Assembly: GCA_029974275.1 (NCBI GenBank)
Contig: JARKSN010000086.1
Coordinates: forward strand, 1-10,105
Length of the DNA: 10,105 bases
DNA from: Candidatus Hydrogenedentota bacterium
GTDB taxonomy: Bacteria; Hydrogenedentota; Hydrogenedentia; Hydrogenedentales; SLHB01
Reading direction: 5' to 3'
A program made the translations under genes and the position numbers. Shown here one piece after another: positions 6,049 through 10,105 of this stretch. The first letter of the stretch is position 1; each line of letters starts with the position of its first letter. The notes beneath the pieces were generated by a model. The model saw nothing but the letters and a program-made list of their open reading frames with translations, searched no databases and was not told the DNA's origin.

Positions 6049-8673
6049 CTCCGGTCTAAATTTCTGTATCCGGTTGTTGTAGGTGTCTGACACGTAGACA
6101 TTTCCAGCGGCATCCACCGCCACGCCGCCGGGAATGACAAATTGGCCGTTGCCGGACCCAAGCCCTCCCCAAGCGCTCAAAAACGCGCCCGAGGAACTCA
6201 AACGCTGGATACGGTTGTTACCGCTGTCCACGACGTAGACGACTCCGGCGGCATCCACCGCCACGCCGCCCGGATTCAAGAACTGCCCTGTGCCGGTTCC
6301 CTGACTCCCCCAGGCCGCTAGAAAAGCGCCGTTGCCGTCGAATTTCTGGATGCGGTGATTGCTGGAATCGGAGACATACACGTTCCCGGAAAAATCCACC
6401 GCCACGCCGGACGGATTCGTGAAGCGGCCGTTCGTTGTCCCAGCCCCCCCCCATGTCCGCTGAAAAACGCCGCTCGCGGAAAACTTTTGTATCCGATTGT
6501 TGCCATAATCCACGACGTACACATGGTTGGTCGCATCCACCGCCACGCCCACCGGGCCGTTGAATTTTCCGTTGGAGGTCCCCTGACTGCCCCATGCGAT
6601 CACAAAGCCTCCGGTAGAGGTGAACTTCTGGATGCGGTGGTTCGCGGTGTCTCCCACATACACATTGCCGGAAGCGTCCAACGCGATGCCGATAGGATTC
6701 TTGAATTGACCGTTTCCAGTCCCCAAACTCCCCCACGCGGCAAGAAAAGCGCCGCCGGAATCGAATTTTTGAATGCGACTGTTTCCACTGTCCGCTACAT
6801 ATACATTCCCGGACCCGTCCGCCGCCACGCCGGACAAATACCGGAACTGGCCAGGGTCTGATCCGGAACTCTCCCAGTTGGAAACAAAAACGCCTGCCTC
6901 CGTGAATTTCTGGATACGGCTATTGGAATCGCCCGCATAGACATTCCCCTGCGCATCCGCCGCCACGCAGATCGGATAATTGAACTGGCCATGGGAAGTC
7001 CCCAAACTTCCCCAAACCGCCACAAAGACGCCGGTCTCCGTGAATTTCTGGATGCGGTGATTCCCCATGTCCGCGACGTAGACGTTGCCGGCGGCGTCCA
7101 CAGACATTCCGGCAGGATACAGCAGTTTTCCATTGCCGGAACCCTGGCCGCCCCACGACCCCAAAAACGCGCCCTGGGAAGAAAATCGCTGAATCCGGTT
7201 GTTGTTCATGTCCCCAATGTAGACCGCACCCGATGCGCCTACCGCCACGCCGATGGGCGTGTTGAATTGACCGTTGCCCGTCCCCTTGCTGCCCCAGGCG
7301 CGCACAAAGCTTCCACTTCCGGAGAACTGCTGAATGCGGTTTCGGGAAGCGTCGACAACATACACATTGTCGCCGGAATGGTCTGTCGCCACGCCCACCG
7401 GATACTGAAACTGGCCATCGCTGGTCCCCTCGCTCCCCCAGGCGGTCACAAAAGCCCCGCCGGAAGTGAATTTTTGGACGCGATAATTGCCGGCATCGGT
7501 GACATACACGTTGCCCAAGGCGTCCACGGCCACGCATTCCGGAACGTTAAACTGGCCTGGGCCCGCGCCGGGACCGCCCCAGGAATCGATGAAAACGCCA
7601 TCTGGCGCGAATTTCCGAATGCGGTGGTTGTACGTGTCCGCGATGTACACATTGCCTGCGGCGTCCGTCGCCATGCCATCCGGCCCAGCAAAATACCAAG
7701 GTTGCGCCAATTCGGGCCACATCCGATCAAAAAAATACCCGCCCACGGGTTCGTTGTGCAGAATGGCGTCGCTTTTCACCGCCGACTCCCCAGCGGCGTT
7801 TCGCACCTTGAAATAAACCGTCTTCGTCTTGTTCCCGGGGGACAGCGTGAATGATGGCGCAGAGTCGTAGGGCCGCCACGCGGCGCCCACAAACGTCGCC
7901 GATTCCGACGCCATGTATTCCGCCGGCTTTCCCGTACAAACATTCTGCAACGTGACCGTGGCGGAAGCGGTTTCGGCAGCGCCGTTGTTGATGGAAAAAA
8001 CCGAGACGGCGGGCGTCACCACGAGTTCGTACGCTATCGAGTCGCTGACGGCGGGCGAATCGTCTATCGCGCTTTTCACCTTGAAGTGCACGGTCTTGAG
8101 CCCATCGCCGACGGAAAGCGTAAACGAGGGGCAGCCCGAGTAGGCTTGCCACGAAGCATCCGAAAAATCCGCCTGTTCCGAAGCCATATAGTGCGTTGGC
8201 GCTCCCTTGGAAACATTATTCAGCGTGACGGTGCGTGAATAGGAAAGCGAGGCTCCGTTGTTGATCGCCATCGCCGTCACGACAGGCGCGATAGGCGCAT
8301 TGGGAACCAGGGGGTCGGTCCCGTCATACGCCTCCTGGCCATCGTAAATGCCGTCGCCATCCGTGTCGGGCAAGGCGGGATTCGTGCCCAACCGGATTTC
8401 GGCCGCGTCGCACAGACCATCCTTGTCGGCGTCGATAGACAAGCGCAATGCGGCGTTGATCACGAGTTGAACGTCCATCGCGTCCACCGAACCGCTGAAA
8501 TCAATATCCACGGGGTACACCACGGGCATTTTGAGCGCGGCGTTGATGATCAACTGAACGTCCATCGCGTCCACCGCGCCGCTGCGATCTATGTCAGCGA
8601 CGACAATCGCCCACGCCTGCGCAGCGATTACACAACCTAGCGCCGTCATTCCCACAATACGCAACATACGCAT
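6046..8673 (-). CDS. Secreted multidomain protein: signal peptide, dockerin-like duplicated EF-hand module, bacterial TSP3-like repeats, two Ig-like repeats, 12 NHL repeats
   Basis: Start ATG 8673 (AAAGG upstream); 875 aa. Signal peptide MRMLRIVGMTALGCVIAAQAWA. Then 2x DID.SG.VDAMDVQL.INAAL, DADKDGLCDAAE..GTNP..PDTDGDGIYDGQE..GTDP, 2x INNGA..TVTL.NV..G.P..YMASE..F..A.W..Y..PSFTLS.G..KTV.FKV, and 12x F..P.GVAVD..GNVYV.D..N.RIQKF. Confidence 0.9.
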   Translation of the reverse strand: MRMLRIVGMTALGCVIAAQAWAIVVADIDRSGAVDAMDVQLIINAALKMPVVYPVDIDFSGSVDAMDVQLVINAALRLSIDADKDGLCDAAEIRLGTNPALPDTDGDGIYDGQEAYDGTDPLVPNAPIAPVVTAMAINNGASLSYSRTVTLNNVSKGAPTHYMASEQADFSDASWQAYSGCPSFTLSVGDGLKTVHFKVKSAIDDSPAVSDSIAYELVVTPAVSVFSINNGAAETASATVTLQNVCTGKPAEYMASESATFVGAAWRPYDSAPSFTLSPGNKTKTVYFKVRNAAGESAVKSDAILHNEPVGGYFFDRMWPELAQPWYFAGPDGMATDAAGNVYIADTYNHRIRKFAPDGVFIDSWGGPGAGPGQFNVPECVAVDALGNVYVTDAGNYRVQKFTSGGAFVTAWGSEGTSDGQFQYPVGVATDHSGDNVYVVDASRNRIQQFSGSGSFVRAWGSKGTGNGQFNTPIGVAVGASGAVYIGDMNNNRIQRFSSQGAFLGSWGGQGSGNGKLLYPAGMSVDAAGNVYVADMGNHRIQKFTETGVFVAVWGSLGTSHGQFNYPICVAADAQGNVYAGDSNSRIQKFTEAGVFVSNWESSGSDPGQFRYLSGVAADGSGNVYVADSGNSRIQKFDSGGAFLAAWGSLGTGNGQFKNPIGIALDASGNVYVGDTANHRIQKFTSTGGFVIAWGSQGTSNGKFNGPVGVAVDATNHVYVVDYGNNRIQKFSASGVFQRTWGGAGTTNGRFTNPSGVAVDFSGNVYVSDSSNHRIQKFDGNGAFLAAWGSQGTGTGQFLNPGGVAVDAAGVVYVVDSGNNRIQRLSSSGAFLSAWGGLGSGNGQFVIPGGVAVDAAGNVYVSDTYNNRIQKFRPE
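6049..7695 (-). repeat. 12 tandem NHL repeats (about 47 aa / 141 bp period), coding
   Basis: Twelve units counted in the translation. Visible on the + strand as recurrent ccaccgccacgcc and gaatttctggatgcgg-like words. Confidence 0.9.
8446..8595 (-). repeat. Duplicated dockerin-like Ca-binding loop-helix (29-aa period), coding
   Basis: Identical 22-mer tgaacgtccatcgcgtccaccg at 8468-8489 and 8555-8576, 87 bp apart. Confidence 0.75.
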
Positions 8674-8796
8674 GATATCTGTGCCTTTTTTCTGTTTTGC
8701 CGTTGTTGACATACCCAAGCGGTTCTTCTCAAAGGGTAACGGGGGTGGATGGAAGAGTCAAACGGTCGCGCCTCATGCATGGGCGGGCTTTTCGCC

Positions 8797-9969
8797 TCAG
8801 GACAGCGCTCCTTGGGGAAACCGTTTGACGACGATAGGGTAGCCTTCCCAGACATCGCCCAGGCAGGTGCCTACGGAGCGGGCCGCCAGGAGCAATGGGT
8901 GATCCGGCGACACAATGCGCCGTTTGCCCACCACGTCTTTCAGGGGGACCGGCACAAAGGCCTCGCCGCGCTTGGCAATCATGACGCCAAACCGTCGGCG
9001 CAGCACGCATTCGGCGGCGTGCGTGCCAAATTCAGTGCAGAGAATGCGATCGGCGGGCGTCGGGATGCCTCCCCGCTGCAAATGTCCCAGCGAAGTCACG
9101 CGCGTTTCCAGACGGGTCGCTTGTTCCAGATGTTCGGCGAGTATCGCACTGACAGGCTCTTTGTAATGCCCCCCCGCTCCATTTTTCTTCGCGCCGTTCT
9201 TCTTGTCCTTTGCATCATGCTTCTTGGGAATCGCCGTCCGGGGCACGGCTCCTTCGGCCATCGCCACGATGCTGAACATCTTGCCCTGGCGCATGCGATC
9301 AAGCAAGGACTGCGCCACCACGTCCATAGAGTAAGGAATCTCGGGAATGAGGATGACGTCCGCCCCGCCCGCCACGCCTGCCCCCAACGCCAACCAACCG
9401 GCATTGTGACCCATGATATCGACCACCATGACGCGGTGATGACTCGATGCCGTGGTGTGCAATCGATCGATCGCCTCGGCGGCTATGCTCATCCCGGTAT
9501 CGTATCCGAAACACACATCGGTGCCGTACACGTCGTTGTCGATGGTTTTGGGCACGGTGACGACATTCAGGCCTCCCTTTGTCATCAGGTGATAAGCGCC
9601 TTTCTGGGTGCCGCCTCCTCCCAGACAGATAAGGCAATCCAGATTGAGGCGGCGATAGGTCTCTACCGCGGCGCCCGTCATGTCCCGCACATTTCCATTG
9701 GGCGCGGGCATTTTGTTGGGTTTGTTCCGGCTTGTGCGGAGAATCGTCCCTCCTAGGGTTAACAGTCCCGCCGTTTCGCTCGGTTCGAGCTTGAGGTAGC
9801 GATTTTCGACAAGCCCCGTAAAGCCCTCGAAAAAACCGAAGACCTCGACCCCTTCCATGCCCACTCCGCGGACAATGGCCCGAAGAACCGCGTTCAGTCC
9901 TGGACAGTCCCCGCCAGAAGTCAATACGCCAATCGTTTGCACACGTTTCAGAGGGCTCTTCTTCGACAC
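8797..9969 (-). CDS. pfkA: 6-phosphofructokinase, PfkA family (group III / mixed-substrate-type, probably ATP-dependent)
   Basis: IGVLTSGGDCPGLNAV, GGTILRTSR, LGGGGT, VPKTIDND, FGYDT, DRLHTTASSHHR, MGHNAGWLAL, LIPE, AEGA, LGHLQRGG.P...DR. GTG start with AAGGA about 6 nt upstream. Confidence 0.95.
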   Translation of the reverse strand: MSKKSPLKRVQTIGVLTSGGDCPGLNAVLRAIVRGVGMEGVEVFGFFEGFTGLVENRYLKLEPSETAGLLTLGGTILRTSRNKPNKMPAPNGNVRDMTGAAVETYRRLNLDCLICLGGGGTQKGAYHLMTKGGLNVVTVPKTIDNDVYGTDVCFGYDTGMSIAAEAIDRLHTTASSHHRVMVVDIMGHNAGWLALGAGVAGGADVILIPEIPYSMDVVAQSLLDRMRQGKMFSIVAMAEGAVPRTAIPKKHDAKDKKNGAKKNGAGGHYKEPVSAILAEHLEQATRLETRVTSLGHLQRGGIPTPADRILCTEFGTHAAECVLRRRFGVMIAKRGEAFVPVPLKDVVGKRRIVSPDHPLLLAARSVGTCLGDVWEGYPIVVKRFPQGALS

Positions 9970-10013
9970 GATCTATCCTTTTCCGCCAATATAGGGGCTG
10001 CTATTTCGACAAG

Positions 10014-10042
10014 ACTGTAGCGTTCCGCCAAGCATTCGTCAA
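10014..10042 (-). promoter_or_regulatory. Putative sigma-70 promoter of pfkA
   Basis: Minus strand TTGACG (10042-10037), 17-nt spacer, TACAGT (10019-10014), 44 nt upstream of the GTG. Confidence 0.65.
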
Positions 10043-10105
10043 GGTCTTTTTGCAGAAGCGTTTTGGCGGAACTCACGTCTGGATTCCAAAGCATCTCGCC
10101 CGTTC

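Noticed and set aside
6049..7695. Periodic ~141-bp DNA repeats resembling an array
   Set aside because: Degenerate, in-frame and fully explained by NHL protein repeats; no identical repeats with unique spacers and no cas genes, so not CRISPR.
8781..8797. Possible terminator just downstream of pfkA
   Set aside because: On the transcribed minus strand only a 4-bp stem forms and there is no U-tract.
8749..9756. 335-aa plus-strand ORF (and similarly 6991..7854)
   Set aside because: Antisense shadows of pfkA and of the NHL gene.

Overview
GC-rich bacterial chromosomal window with eight probable genes and no mobile element, rRNA, tRNA or CRISPR array. The duplicated 'D.D.SG.VDAMDVQL.INAAL' module resembles those I associate with Candidatus Hydrogenedentes, which is a tentative inference. 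Left part, a glycan-modification locus: the 5' end of a GT-C (GT39/ArnT/PMT-like) membrane glycosyltransferase (1..390, minus, absent from the ORF track) is divergent from a two-gene operon. The operon's first gene is an in-frame fusion of an Alg14/PssD-type glycosyltransferase subunit to a complete cobalamin-dependent (class B) radical SAM enzyme, and the second is the cognate Alg13/PssE-type subunit. This fusion is the most unusual feature. Middle: a small basic orphan ORF with its own promoter and RBS, a beta-helix (pectate-lyase-3-like) protein with a golvesin/xanthan-lyase-CBM-like tail, and a DUF5610-like gene preceded by a sigma-28-like promoter and a CsrA-like GGA hairpin. Right: a secreted dockerin-like/TSP3/Ig-like/12x NHL-repeat protein and a PfkA-family 6-phosphofructokinase with a good sigma-70 promoter carrying three copies of a 9-mer. 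All family assignments come from motif recognition by eye, not database searches.
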